Positions 28,621 to 41,345 of a DNA stretch of 64,000 nt are shown here, piece by piece (within the stretch, counting starts at the first letter, position 1; each line of letters begins with the position of its first letter). The stretch spans positions 6,737 to 70,736 of the forward strand of contig JAURWL010000051.1 of assembly GCA_030654965.1 (NCBI GenBank), read 5' to 3'. The translations under genes and the position numbers were made by a program. Source of the DNA: Dehalococcoidales bacterium (lineage in GTDB: Bacteria > Chloroflexota > Dehalococcoidia > Dehalococcoidales > Fen-1064). The notes beneath the pieces were generated by a model, which ran no database searches, was not told the origin of the DNA, and saw nothing but the letters and a program-made list of their open reading frames with translations.

Positions 28621-29424
28621 TCACTTTCCTTTAAACTCAGGTGTTCGTTTCTGTGAGAAGGCTTGAATGCCCTCAGTCCTGTCTGATGTTGTGTGCAGAA
28701 GGAAATAGAGGTCGGCTTCCAGCCGAAGCCCCTGTTCCAGTGTCATGTCCGTCCCTTTGTGCACCGCTTCCTTGATGTAACGCAGAGCGATTGGGGCTTT
28801 GGTCGTCATTGCTTTTGCTAACGCATTTACTTCCGCGGCAAGAGATTCCGGCGCCACAACCTTACTCACCAGTCCGATTTTCTCCGCTTCGCCAGCGCTG
28901 ATTGTATCCGCCATTAAAATGAGCTCCAGCGCTTTCCCCTTGCCGATAATGCGTGACAAACGCTGGGTGCCGCCATCCATCGGGATGATTCCCCGCGCGA
29001 CGTTCGGAAATCCGAGACGCGCCGTAGACGAAGCGATGCGGATATCACAGGCGAGGGCAAGCTCCAATCCCTGCCCGAAAGCATCACCATTAATTGCGGC
29101 AATCACTGGTTTTTCCACGCTGGCAATAGTCGTCGCCACATTGTACTGCGTTCCCATCTCTTCAGTTATGAGCTGTTTGCGCCTGGACTTTCGGGACTGT
29201 TCCAGTGTACTACCCGCGCAGAAGATGTCCCCGGCGCCGGTAATGATGACCACGTAGATACTCTCGTCCTCATTTGCCTGCCGGCAAGTTTCTTCAAGTG
29301 CCTGTCCCAGTTGAAGATTGATGACATTACCGATAGATGGACGATTGAGCGTAATCTGGGCAATATGGTTGCTTTTCTGAAAAACTATTAATGAATCAGG
29401 CATCTCACTAACCCCGTCGCTCAC
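28621..29424 (-). CDS. Enoyl-CoA hydratase/isomerase (crotonase fold), second paralog
   Basis: ITLNRPS, FCAGS, AINGDAFGQGLELAL and GIIPMDGGTQ. Confidence 0.88.
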   Translation of the reverse strand: MSDGVSEMPDSLIVFQKSNHIAQITLNRPSIGNVINLQLGQALEETCRQANEDESIYVVIITGAGDIFCAGSTLEQSRKSRRKQLITEEMGTQYNVATTIASVEKPVIAAINGDAFGQGLELALACDIRIASSTARLGFPNVARGIIPMDGGTQRLSRIIGKGKALELILMADTISAGEAEKIGLVSKVVAPESLAAEVNALAKAMTTKAPIALRYIKEAVHKGTDMTLEQGLRLEADLYFLLHTTSDRTEGIQAFSQKRTPEFKGK

Positions 29425-29505
29425 CTTTCAGGATGAGCACACCAGAGATTATCTTATCCGACCACGCTACCGCCGTCAAGGACAGTCAGCAGCAGTCGGG
29501 TCTGT

Positions 29506-29545
29506 AAAACAAAGAACTCCATAAGGGCGATACCTCACGGAGTTC
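29506..29545 (-). terminator. Terminator-like hairpin downstream of the biotinyl-domain gene
   Basis: Minus-strand gaacucc...ggaguuc (7-bp stem, 18-nt loop) followed by uuuguuuu. Confidence 0.45.
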
Positions 29546-29600
29546 CATTTGTAGATAAAATGCCTTTACGGTATTATGCTCTATTGTTTTGTATGCTTGC

Positions 29601-29822
29601 TCAGTATTCAATTACCATGAGCGGCTTACTGGTTTCCACCACCTGCTTCGCCGCTGCCATAATCTCGGTAATCTTGCCATTGACCGGCGCCATGATGGGG
29701 TTCTCCATTTTCATCGATTCAATGTAGAGGAGCACATCACCCTCTTCAACTTTATCCCCCACCTTGACCTCAATACTGATAATGGTTCCCGTAATGGGCG
29801 CTTCGATTACTTCTTTAGCCAC
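29601..29822 (-). CDS. Small biotin/lipoyl-attachment domain protein (BCCP-like, 73 aa)
   Basis: EAPITGTI...GDVLLYIESMKMENPI, with the biotinylation-type SMKM motif. Confidence 0.8.
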   Translation of the reverse strand: MAKEVIEAPITGTIISIEVKVGDKVEEGDVLLYIESMKMENPIMAPVNGKITEIMAAAKQVVETSKPLMVIEY

Positions 29823-29934
29823 GCTATAACTCCTTTATAGGATTCAGCATGCCTGATGGTTCGGTTAAAAAGAAAAGGGCGTTGTCCTCACTTTAGAAAC
29901 CCCACCCTTTTCATACTCTAATACCTATCTGATA

Positions 29935-32424
29935 TTATGCTTTACTTTCGCCAACCAGCGCCACTTCTTCTGCCCGCTTCAAAACCCTCAAAACAATGTG
30001 CCCGTCTTCTACATCTGCCACCACGGTATCGCCATTGCGGAACTCACTACGCAGGATGGCTTCAGACAGCTTGTCTACTATCATATCCTGTATTGCACGG
30101 CGTAACGGACGGGCGCCAAAAACTTCATCATAACCTTTTTCCCCGAGCAGGTCTTTAGCCGCTTCCGTGACCTCCAGTTTGATATCCTTTTCGGACAATT
30201 GCTTGCTTACCTGACCGAGCATCAGGTCGACAATAGAACGGATATGCATTTTATTCAGCGCATGGAAGACAACTGTCCCGTCAATGCGGTTGAGAAACTC
30301 GGGACGGAAGACCTTTTTAACCTCACCCAGTAGTTTCTCTTTCATCTTATCGTATTCGAGTTCACGGATTTTAGAATCATCGGTGCGAGAAACAAAACCC
30401 ATGGTAGAACCTTTCCTGATTAAGTCCGCGCCTATGTTGCTCGTCATAATAATGATGCTATTGCGGAAGTCAACACGCCGTCCTTTGGCATCGGTAAGGT
30501 GCCCGTCATCAAAAATCTGGAGAAGGATGTTAAACACATCCGGGTGCGCTTTCTCGATTTCGTCAAAGAGGATACAACAGTAGGACTTGCGTCGTACTGC
30601 TTCGGTAAGCTGACCGCCCTCATCATAGCCGACATAGCCTGGCGGCGCCCCGACGAGACGGGAAACCGTGTGCTTCTCCATAAACTCGGACATATCAAGG
30701 CGGATGAGCGCATCTTCACTGCCGAACATAAACTCGGCAAGCGCCCGTGCCAGTTCCGTTTTACCGACCCCCGTAGGTCCTAAGAAAATAAAGTTGCCGA
30801 TGGGATGGCGCGGGTCTTTAAGACCGGCGCGTGCCCGTCGGACCGCCTTGGAGATGGTGTCAATGGCTTCATCCTGCCCGATGATGCGCTTGTGAAGCGC
30901 CTCTTCCATGTGTAGCAAGCGGCTGGTCTCATCACTACCCAGTTGGGTAACCGGGATGCTCGTCCACATGCTCACCACTGTGGCAATGTCTTCCGCCGTC
31001 ACGACCGGCTGTTCCTGCTCTTTTTGCTCTACCTGCCACTCTTTTTCCAGATTCTTAATTTTCTCTTCAATCTGTATTTCCTGCTGGCGCTTTTCCGCGG
31101 CATAGTCATACTGCTGTTTTGCCAGAGCGGTTTCTTTCTCCTTGCGGATGCTATCCACCAGCCGTTTAGCTTCTTTAAGTGTGATGGGCGTGCTGTGCTT
31201 CTGAATTCTTACGCGGGAAGATGCCTCGTCAATGAGGTCAATCGCCTTATCCGGCAGGAAACGGTCGGGTATGTACCGTGCTGCCAATGTCGCTGCAGAA
31301 CTCAGGGCTTCATCGCTAATCTTAAGCTTATGGTGCTCTTCATAACGTTGTCGAACACCCTTAAGGATTTCCAGCGTCTGCTCAACCGTAGGTTCTTCAA
31401 CAAGGATTGGCTGGAAACGCCGTTCCAGCGCCGGGTCACGTTCCACATGCTTGCGGTAGTCATCGAGGGTCGTGGCACCGATGACCTGCAGTTGTCCGCG
31501 CGCCAGTGAAGGTTTAAGAATGCTTGACGCATCCACAGCCCCCTCCGCCGCTCCTGCACCAATGATGGTGTGGAATTCATCTATGAACAAAACACAATTG
31601 CCGGCTGTCTTTATCTCATCGATAATTTTCTTGAGTCGCTCTTCAAATTCGCCACGGTATTTGGTACCAGCCACTACCGCCGCCATATCAAGCGTAACCA
31701 ACCGCTTGTCTTCTAGTGTTTCCGGAACATCACCTTCAGCGATACGGTGCGCCAGACCTTCAACAATGGCTGTTTTACCCACGCCGGGTTCACCGATTAA
31801 GGCAGGATTGTTCTTGGTGCGGCGGCTGAGAATCTGGATGACACGTTGAATCTCTTTTTCCCGCCCGATGACGGGGTCGAGCTTGCCTGCTTTCGCCAGC
31901 GCTGTCAGGTCCGTGCTTAACTGGTCTAATGTCGGGGTTTTGCTGGTACTGCGGGTAGCGGCGCGTGGTTGTTTCTGGGAATTCTGATTCAGCATGCGGG
32001 TAACTTCGGCGCGCACTTGTTCAAGATTGATACTAAAACTATCCAGCACGCCCGCGGCAACACCACCGCCTTCGTGGAGCAGACCGAGCAGGAGATGCTC
32101 GGTACCAATATAATTGTGTCCGAGGTGACGCGCTTCATCAATCGCCAGTTCAATGACACGTTTCGCCCTGGGAGTCAGTCCAATTTCACCGGTATTCGGC
32201 TTATCGCCACGCCCGATAATAAACTCAACACCACTACGCACTTTGCCCAGATTAGCGCCGAGACTGACAAGAACCTTAGCGGCAACCCCCTCCTCCTCCC
32301 TCAATAAACCCAAAAGAATATGCTCGGTGCCAATATAGCTGTGGTTCAGGTGCTGTGCTTCTTCCTGGGCAAGGGTAAGCACCCTCCGGGCTCTCTCTGA
32401 AAATTTCTCAAATCGGCTTGCCAT
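29935..32424 (-). CDS. clpC: ATP-dependent Clp protease ATP-binding subunit ClpC
   Basis: Duplicated Clp_N repeats, Walker A motifs GEPGVGKT and GPTGVGKT, and a UVR-like coiled linker. 829 aa. Confidence 0.93.
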   Translation of the reverse strand: MASRFEKFSERARRVLTLAQEEAQHLNHSYIGTEHILLGLLREEEGVAAKVLVSLGANLGKVRSGVEFIIGRGDKPNTGEIGLTPRAKRVIELAIDEARHLGHNYIGTEHLLLGLLHEGGGVAAGVLDSFSINLEQVRAEVTRMLNQNSQKQPRAATRSTSKTPTLDQLSTDLTALAKAGKLDPVIGREKEIQRVIQILSRRTKNNPALIGEPGVGKTAIVEGLAHRIAEGDVPETLEDKRLVTLDMAAVVAGTKYRGEFEERLKKIIDEIKTAGNCVLFIDEFHTIIGAGAAEGAVDASSILKPSLARGQLQVIGATTLDDYRKHVERDPALERRFQPILVEEPTVEQTLEILKGVRQRYEEHHKLKISDEALSSAATLAARYIPDRFLPDKAIDLIDEASSRVRIQKHSTPITLKEAKRLVDSIRKEKETALAKQQYDYAAEKRQQEIQIEEKIKNLEKEWQVEQKEQEQPVVTAEDIATVVSMWTSIPVTQLGSDETSRLLHMEEALHKRIIGQDEAIDTISKAVRRARAGLKDPRHPIGNFIFLGPTGVGKTELARALAEFMFGSEDALIRLDMSEFMEKHTVSRLVGAPPGYVGYDEGGQLTEAVRRKSYCCILFDEIEKAHPDVFNILLQIFDDGHLTDAKGRRVDFRNSIIIMTSNIGADLIRKGSTMGFVSRTDDSKIRELEYDKMKEKLLGEVKKVFRPEFLNRIDGTVVFHALNKMHIRSIVDLMLGQVSKQLSEKDIKLEVTEAAKDLLGEKGYDEVFGARPLRRAIQDMIVDKLSEAILRSEFRNGDTVVADVEDGHIVLRVLKRAEEVALVGESKA

Positions 32425-32490
32425 ACACGCCTCCTTGAGACCAATTCATTAAAATCTCCACCCCACCCACTATGAACTAGGTTATAATAA

Positions 32491-32615
32491 GCTTCCTGGC
32501 AGTGGCATATTTTCCACAAAAGGTTGCCCTCTCAGTATCGTCTGCGCTGAAGCGTTTCACTTCCGTGTTCGGGATGGGAACGGGTGGTGCCACTTCGCCC
32601 AAACCACCAGGAAGC
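32491..32615 (-). rRNA. rrf: 5S ribosomal RNA (ends +/- 5 nt)
   Basis: The reverse complement contains ccacccguucccaucccgaacacggaagugaaacgc and gauacug. The terminal helix is gcuuccuggugg / ccacugccaggaagc. Confidence 0.9.
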
Positions 32616-32968
32616 CTATTTACTTGTTAACAATTTCAGAGGGCTACTTCTTCCCACCTTCCGGTGAGAGTTTATGCCCCATCCGGGTAGATTATGGTCT
32701 CAAAGCTTTTCGCTGATACTTCTATCATACGGCACAAGAGCCTGCTTGCGCAAGAGACCATAAGTTTCGGAGCGCTATAATGGTCTCAATCAAATCTTAT
32801 TGTAGCACACACATGCCAGAACGTAAAGGCTCAAAGCGGAAACCTGAAATCAATTTACGTGGTGAAGTACTTGCTATGTATTAAAGATATAGTACTGCAC
32901 TTATATAGAAAAACCGAGCTTTTCGGCTCAGTTTTTCCAAGGAGGGAGCCAATACCAACTCTGAAACA

Positions 32969-35936
<2,968 letters not shown>

Positions 35937-36101
35937 TGTTTCAGACTTGATATTGGCCCTATTCAATTTTTAAAGTGCGCTGGACAAACTTAAAGCGGCT
36001 TGATGATTTGCACCAAGCCGCCTAGCTGGTTTCAACCACCAATTCGCTACTTTATGTTTGTCCGTTCATTGTCACTATTTATTCCTCTAGTGCCAAAGAT
36101 A

Positions 36102-36130
36102 ACTATACCATGCCATATCAGGGGTGTCAA
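36102..36130 (-). promoter_or_regulatory. Sigma70-type promoter for the 23S-5S unit
   Basis: On the minus strand: TTGACA (36130-36125), a 17-nt spacer, then TATAGT (36107-36102), ~160 nt upstream of the 23S 5' end. A second, weaker TTGACA lies at 36216-36211, with CAGAAT 18 nt downstream. Confidence 0.6.
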
Positions 36131-36420
36131 TACCATTTTACTCGTTCAGAAGCCCCTGTACACTTTCCCTTTCCAGATATTGAGTAATTCTGCAAAAAGA
36201 ATCGGTGGGGTGTCAAATAATTGAGCGCCTGATAAAGACGGACGGTGATGCGGGTCGTTCTCCAGTAGCGCGGAGACAGACACGAAGTTGTTTGTGACAA
36301 AATTGACCGTGGCTAAGATGCAAACGGATGCTGTTTTGCGATATCGCGATACGCATTCGAGGGTACAGAAAAATCACAAAAATGTAGCGAGAGTTCCTGT
36401 CGGTTTACCGGGGAGGTAAT

Positions 36421-37140
36421 TCACTTTTTCCCATGGAAGATTTTCTTAACCTTGGCGTTCATCTCATCCTGGGTTTTTGCCAGCTTGGATTTCGCACTGA
36501 GCGTGATTTGTATTTTCCCCCGCTCACCTTCATGAACGTGCTCCACAGCAAGTACCTGGGGAAGAGAGCACAATTTTTCAATATAGTCCACAGCCTCGCT
36601 CGAGCCGACTTTGAAAATGCTTTTATCCACCATAGTTATGAGCTCAACTGAGATTACCTGAGGCAAACTATTCAGGTACACATTAATAGCTTCTATTTCA
36701 TCCTGGTCTCGTGGGGGCAATATCTCTAAATCTGTCCATATTGTGGAATCTGTGTTATTTATCGGGATTTCTAATGTCGGTATTTCCTTAGTAGTACCGT
36801 TGCCGTTGGGTTCAACCAGTTTGGAAATATACGTGATAACTTCGTCGATATATTCTGTACTAAAAGCGGCAGATGTCGGAGCCGCCTGTGCTCTAGCCCG
36901 GATTATTTTTTTCCCTTCTTCAACCATGTCTCTGATAGCAGTTTTGTTCTCTTCTACCAGTAGTTCGACTGCTTTTTGTCTCTCTTCGGTTAATCTTAGA
37001 GTCGCTTCCCGCGTTTCTTCATCGAGGGCACTTCCCACAATCCTGTAGATTTGTTTTTTTACCGATTCCTTGTAACTAATATAGGAGTCGGTTGTTGAAG
37101 CGACACTATTCATTACCTGACGATTTTCATTATTCATCAT
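36421..37140 (-). CDS. Hypothetical protein (coiled N-terminal half, unknown C-terminal domain)
   Basis: ORF 36421..37164. The likely start is ATG 37140, after GGGAAGG. No recognisable motif. Its 5' end overlaps the 3' end of the upstream HTH gene. Confidence 0.6.
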   Translation of the reverse strand: MMNNENRQVMNSVASTTDSYISYKESVKKQIYRIVGSALDEETREATLRLTEERQKAVELLVEENKTAIRDMVEEGKKIIRARAQAAPTSAAFSTEYIDEVITYISKLVEPNGNGTTKEIPTLEIPINNTDSTIWTDLEILPPRDQDEIEAINVYLNSLPQVISVELITMVDKSIFKVGSSEAVDYIEKLCSLPQVLAVEHVHEGERGKIQITLSAKSKLAKTQDEMNAKVKKIFHGKK

Positions 37141-37393
37141 CTCTTGCCTTCCCGACGTATTCAACCTTGACCGTCTCTGCTTCTTCTCTAATCAAGTCAA
37201 GGTCTTTTTCAGTGAACATGCGCCATCCACGTCGGTCTCTATGAGTCTCTCTCAGGATTCCTGCCTTTAACCAACGAAATAATGTAGCTCGACTGATACC
37301 TGCTCTCGAGCAAGTCTCAGCAGTCCGGTAGTAAACCTGCCCGTTTATTTCGATAGCCACCGATTTATTACTCTCCCTTGTCTTGATAAGCAT
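37130..37393 (-). CDS. Small MerR-N-terminal/excisionase-type HTH protein (paralog A)
   Basis: YYRTAETCSRAGISRATLFRWLKAGIL...HRDRRGWRMFTEKDLDLI. It aligns closely with the 43148..43363 product. Confidence 0.7.
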   Translation of the reverse strand: MLIKTRESNKSVAIEINGQVYYRTAETCSRAGISRATLFRWLKAGILRETHRDRRGWRMFTEKDLDLIREEAETVKVEYVGKARDDE

Positions 37394-37565
37394 TGATACT
37401 ATTTGAATCTATTGTGATGCGTATACGTGTTTTATTCAATCCACCATTAAGGCTATTCCACATGGTACTATCGTAATCCATGATAATAGATACCTGAGTG
37501 AATTCCGGTAGCGGCATAACAGGTACAATCCATTTCAATAAACGTAGTCTCTACCAAACCGTTCC

Positions 37566-37597
37566 AAAAAGGTAAGGAGCAGGTAAATACCTGCTCC
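37566..37597 (-). terminator. Intrinsic terminator after the DUF4382 lipoprotein gene
   Basis: Perfect 9-bp stem ggagcaggu/accugcucc with a 4-nt loop (37576-37597), followed on the minus strand by uuacc uuuuu. Confidence 0.65.
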
Positions 37598-37648
37598 CAC
37601 TTTCGCCTGTTACTAACAAGCGCTAAATATTGATAGGTTAAAGACAGC

Positions 37649-38797
37649 TTAAGGCGTCGCGGCTTTATTTATGCGAATGGTTATCACCTGAGTATCGGTG
37701 TTCGCCGCACTATCAGTTACTTTAACTGTGAAGCTGTAGTCCCCCTTATCAGCCGGAGTACCCGAAATGACGCCAGTGTTTGAAAGGCTGAGACTTGCTG
37801 GGAAACCAGTTGCGGGAGAAAGCTCCCACAACGAATATATTCCGCTTCCGCCAACGGCAACCAGTGTAGCGCCGGGATAGACAGCATCTTCAGTGCCATC
37901 GGGTAGACTGGTCGTGATAATCTGCAACACGCCATTCGCCGCGATGTTGATGCTAAAAGTCTTGGTGGCGCTCTTTTGGGGTGTAGAACCATCCACGACC
38001 TTAATGGTGAAGGTATAATCACCCGGTATATTAGTAATGTCAGGTGTACCCGAAATAAGACCGGTTCCGGAAGCGAGGGCCAAACCGTTAGGTAATGGGG
38101 CACTCCCTGTGTCCAGGCTCCAGGCGTATGGGACAACTCCACCAGTGGTAGTGAGTGTGGTTGGCGTGTAAGCCACTCCTGCCTCACCATTGGGTAAACT
38201 GGGGGTGGTAATCACAAAATTCCCCTTCGGTTGCTTGGTCGTAGTGAGCTTGATAACCGGCTTGAACATATACTTATCATTACCGGTCACGTTCACGGAC
38301 TTAAGAGCATCGAAGTCGAAGAGAAGCTCCGTGTCTTCACCAGCGACAATTTCAAACGGATGGACGAATTTTAACGTGCCACTGGGTAGTTTCGCTTTCT
38401 CGAAAACATTGGGTAGGGCACCCACGAGCCCAATTTCAACCAGACTGACTTCCATTCTAATCTGGGTGTACTTGCCCACAGTGAGGTCTACTGCTGCCAG
38501 TTTTGTCTGGATACCACCCGTGAGAGTAAGCAGGTCAAAACGGGCAGGTGCAACCAAACCCACCTCCCGCCAGCCCACGCCGTCCTCATGAACCTCCACT
38601 TTCCCTACCGTTAACCAGACTTCTTTAATTTGCGGTGCAGCGGGCGCATCGGTGATGTTAATGACAAGGCGCCCCGCCATAGTCGACGTTTGCCCAAGCG
38701 TAGATGAGGTGGACGCAGTTCCGGAGGTACAACCTGATACCAGAGTTAATAGTGCTGTGAGGATACCGATGGTAAAAAATACAGTCTTACGCTTCAT
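37649..38797 (-). CDS. Lipoprotein with a DUF4382-like beta-sandwich domain and two putative Ig-like (He_PIG-like) repeats
   Basis: Lipobox LVSGC. The pattern INITDAP...FDLL.L.GG...L....L..GKYTQIRM...LPSG.LKF resembles DUF4382. Two ~85-aa repeats contain SLPNG/SLPDG ... ISGTP ... GDYxFT(I/V)KV.D. Confidence 0.75.
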   Translation of the reverse strand: MKRKTVFFTIGILTALLTLVSGCTSGTASTSSTLGQTSTMAGRLVINITDAPAAPQIKEVWLTVGKVEVHEDGVGWREVGLVAPARFDLLTLTGGIQTKLAAVDLTVGKYTQIRMEVSLVEIGLVGALPNVFEKAKLPSGTLKFVHPFEIVAGEDTELLFDFDALKSVNVTGNDKYMFKPVIKLTTTKQPKGNFVITTPSLPNGEAGVAYTPTTLTTTGGVVPYAWSLDTGSAPLPNGLALASGTGLISGTPDITNIPGDYTFTIKVVDGSTPQKSATKTFSINIAANGVLQIITTSLPDGTEDAVYPGATLVAVGGSGIYSLWELSPATGFPASLSLSNTGVISGTPADKGDYSFTVKVTDSAANTDTQVITIRINKAATP

Positions 38798-38864
38798 GAT
38801 GCTACTCCTTTGTGATTTTGTTTATTTGCTACCACTATTAATAACGAGAATAGTGGCAGGAATG

Positions 38865-39794
38865 TCAGGGTTGTTTCTTGGGCTCTCCCTGACCCTTTTC
38901 CTTGCCTGGGGCTGTGGGCTTGTTGGTCACTGGTGTCTGGCTTGAACCACTCTCACCAGCCTGTGGCTTCAGCAGATATTTGCCACCATCCTGGATATTA
39001 CCGGTCTTTACCACGGTAAGGTCATAAGTAAATGTAGTAACTGACTCGGCGCTAACCGTAAACGGTATTTTTAGCTTCAGCTCTTCGGGTGGTAATTTTA
39101 TCTCGATTGTTTCTCCGGTTTCTTTAAGGGTACCGAATACCTGTTTAACATATATAACGACCCTAGTATACTCACCTAACGGCACATCTCCACGCCAGAG
39201 TTCTTGAGTTGTGTCTCCGGGCAACAATGCCAGGTCGAATCCGGTTGTCTGGGGAGTAAACTCCACCCACCGCTCCTGGTCCCCGGTCTGGAGAAGCGCA
39301 ACTTTTTCGATGGTGACATTCACGGTGCTAAAATCTTCGATGGCATTGACATCATCACTTACAAGGAAGATAAAGTTTCCGTTCGCACTAGCTCCCGGAA
39401 TAGTGATCGAAGGCAAATCCGGAATCTGCGTATCCTCGGGCGGAGTCTCCAGTAATCCCGGCCATAAGACGGGCCTCATTACTACGAGACTGATAACCAG
39501 CAGTATAAGAATGCTCACCGTGCTGACCCACGCCAGACGCGGTCGTGCTATACGCTGCCAGAAAGAGGGCTGTCGACGACGTTCCAACTCAGAATAGAAT
39601 CTCAACCGTGCATTTCGCTTGACTTCCGGTGAAGGCACAAACGAATAAGCCGTCGCAGTTTCCGTCATGGCTTTCAGCAGTGGTTCGAGCCGGGTTTTGT
39701 GTTCCGGATAATCTGCAAGGCACTTCTCCAGACTCTCGCCGCGGCTGAGCCGGTCAATGCACTTATCTAATATCATGTCAAATTCGTTTGTCAT
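38865..39794 (-). CDS. Putative anti-sigma factor: cytoplasmic N-domain, one TM helix, extracytoplasmic DUF4382-like domain
   Basis: Immediately downstream of the ECF sigma gene. The N-terminus has CIDRLSRGESLEKCLADYPEH..LEPLL, the TM helix is LAWVSTVSILILLVISLVV, and the C-terminal part (FDLALLPGD...LGEYTRVVIYV...LKIPF) resembles the neighbouring lipoprotein domain. Confidence 0.65.
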   Translation of the reverse strand: MTNEFDMILDKCIDRLSRGESLEKCLADYPEHKTRLEPLLKAMTETATAYSFVPSPEVKRNARLRFYSELERRRQPSFWQRIARPRLAWVSTVSILILLVISLVVMRPVLWPGLLETPPEDTQIPDLPSITIPGASANGNFIFLVSDDVNAIEDFSTVNVTIEKVALLQTGDQERWVEFTPQTTGFDLALLPGDTTQELWRGDVPLGEYTRVVIYVKQVFGTLKETGETIEIKLPPEELKLKIPFTVSAESVTTFTYDLTVVKTGNIQDGGKYLLKPQAGESGSSQTPVTNKPTAPGKEKGQGEPKKQP

Positions 39795-39804
39795 CTTTGT
39801 TCTT

Positions 39805-40347
39805 CTAAGGTCTATTTACATCTAGTAATTGCCGCAGTCTCTCCAGGGCTGCTCTCTGCATCTCGCGTACTGCTCCATCGCTCTTATTCAGAACGCCTGC
39901 CGCTTCCCGCGATGTCAGTCCACCGAAAAATCGGAGCCGTAGCACTTCCCTCTGCTCTTCCGTGAGTTGTACCATTGCTGCACCCACTTTTTCCATTTCA
40001 ATCTTCTTCTCAGCGGCATCCACCGGGTCATTATCACCAACAATTTCGACCGTATCAATCGGGACGGTCTTGATTCTGCTTACCTTACGCAGGTGGTCAA
40101 CCACCAGGTTATGAGCTATTTTAAAGAGCCAGGCTTGCATCGGGGGTCCCGTATCCCGGTATGTTTTTATTGACTTTAACGCTTTTAAGAATACCTCGCT
40201 GGCAAGGTCCTCCGATTCAGATTTATCTCCAATACGTGTATATATGTAGCGTGCGATTTTGTCATAATACTCTTCGTACAGTGATGCTAACCGTGCTTCG
40301 TTGTTTCTTATTTCTTCGTTCGCGCCGTATGGCGTTGTGGATGCCAT
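39805..40347 (-). CDS. ECF-type RNA polymerase sigma-70 factor
   Basis: Region 2 (DLASEVFLKAL....WLFKIAHNLVVDHLR) and region 4 (REVLRLRFFGGLTSREAAGVLNKSDGAVREMQRAAL). Confidence 0.88.
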   Translation of the reverse strand: MASTTPYGANEEIRNNEARLASLYEEYYDKIARYIYTRIGDKSESEDLASEVFLKALKSIKTYRDTGPPMQAWLFKIAHNLVVDHLRKVSRIKTVPIDTVEIVGDNDPVDAAEKKIEMEKVGAAMVQLTEEQREVLRLRFFGGLTSREAAGVLNKSDGAVREMQRAALERLRQLLDVNRP

Positions 40348-40455
40348 TCCCAGTTTTCCTGTCTTTCTCGCTTTCCAATATACTACTATATTTCAACCGG
40401 CATCCGTAAATCGCTATCGCCTCCATCTATCTTCAATTTTTCACAAAGGGTACAA

Positions 40456-40689
40456 TTACTGCGGATTTTCCCTGTACGCGTTGTAATCAGTAAGAAAACG
40501 CATCAAATCCTCTCTAAAAAGCCTCCTGTCCCCTCGAGAGCTAATACGATACGAGACAAGCAAACCGACATCACTCCACCGCCGCAGTGTATTAGCATGC
40601 ACATGAAAGAATTCTGCGGCTTCGCTGATAGTAAGAAGAGGGGCTGCTTTGCTGACATCCATAGTAGCCGTGTATGTCATCTCCATCAC
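40456..40689 (-). CDS. Small excisionase/MerR-type HTH protein (paralog C, more divergent)
   Basis: LLTISEAAEFFHVHANTLRRWSDVGLL...GDRRLFREDL. Confidence 0.7.
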   Translation of the reverse strand: MMEMTYTATMDVSKAAPLLTISEAAEFFHVHANTLRRWSDVGLLVSYRISSRGDRRLFREDLMRFLTDYNAYRENPQ

Positions 40690-41345
40690 CTCTAGACAGA
40701 AGATATATTCTCTTTGTTGAGTTTTTCTTCTACTATTAGTAACGAAGCCATAGTATTTTTGTCAGGAGGATTCGGGATAGTGCTCATAAGATAAGAAAAT
40801 ACCACCGACTGCTGAAGCTATTCAGGTGATTCTCACTCTATCGGCGGAACTACTATTGACGGCGTTTCATGCGGAGTGTGGACATTACATAGCTTTGTAT
40901 TACAGAATATTACTGACTCTAATGTACAAGCTCTTCAAAGGTAACTAAATGTTATTTAGTAAAATCCATGTATACGTGTTATCCATAACAATGTATAGGC
41001 GGTATTATTGCCGCCATCATCTGGAAATACGCATTCGAAGAGCGTGTTGCCTAGTCGGCTACGTCGGCGCAAGGACCAATAGCGGACAAGATGTCACTAA
41101 GCCTTACCACAATGAAGAGGACTCTTTTAGTTTCACAAGAGGTCAATTGAGATTAAGGGAGGAAGTACTGTACCTCGATGGTACAATTCGCTCAATCTTG
41201 TAGCTCTCAAAACGACAACTTACCGAAGTCGAAGAAGTCGGGGTAACAATCTGACTGAACGTGAGAAAGAGCGTTAAATTTAGTCTGCTGGCTCTCAGAT
41301 ACTTGCGCGGGTTCCTGGGTGATGCCACAGGCGGTTCCTCAGGAA

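Noticed and set aside
40690-41345. Short ORFs (40949..41203, 41143..41328, 41319..41567) and an ATACGCATTCGA match to 36346-36357
   Set aside because: The ORFs lack RBSs and motifs and lie in an AT-rich intergenic region. An 11-12-nt match between two places in 64 kb is expected by chance and has no positional support.
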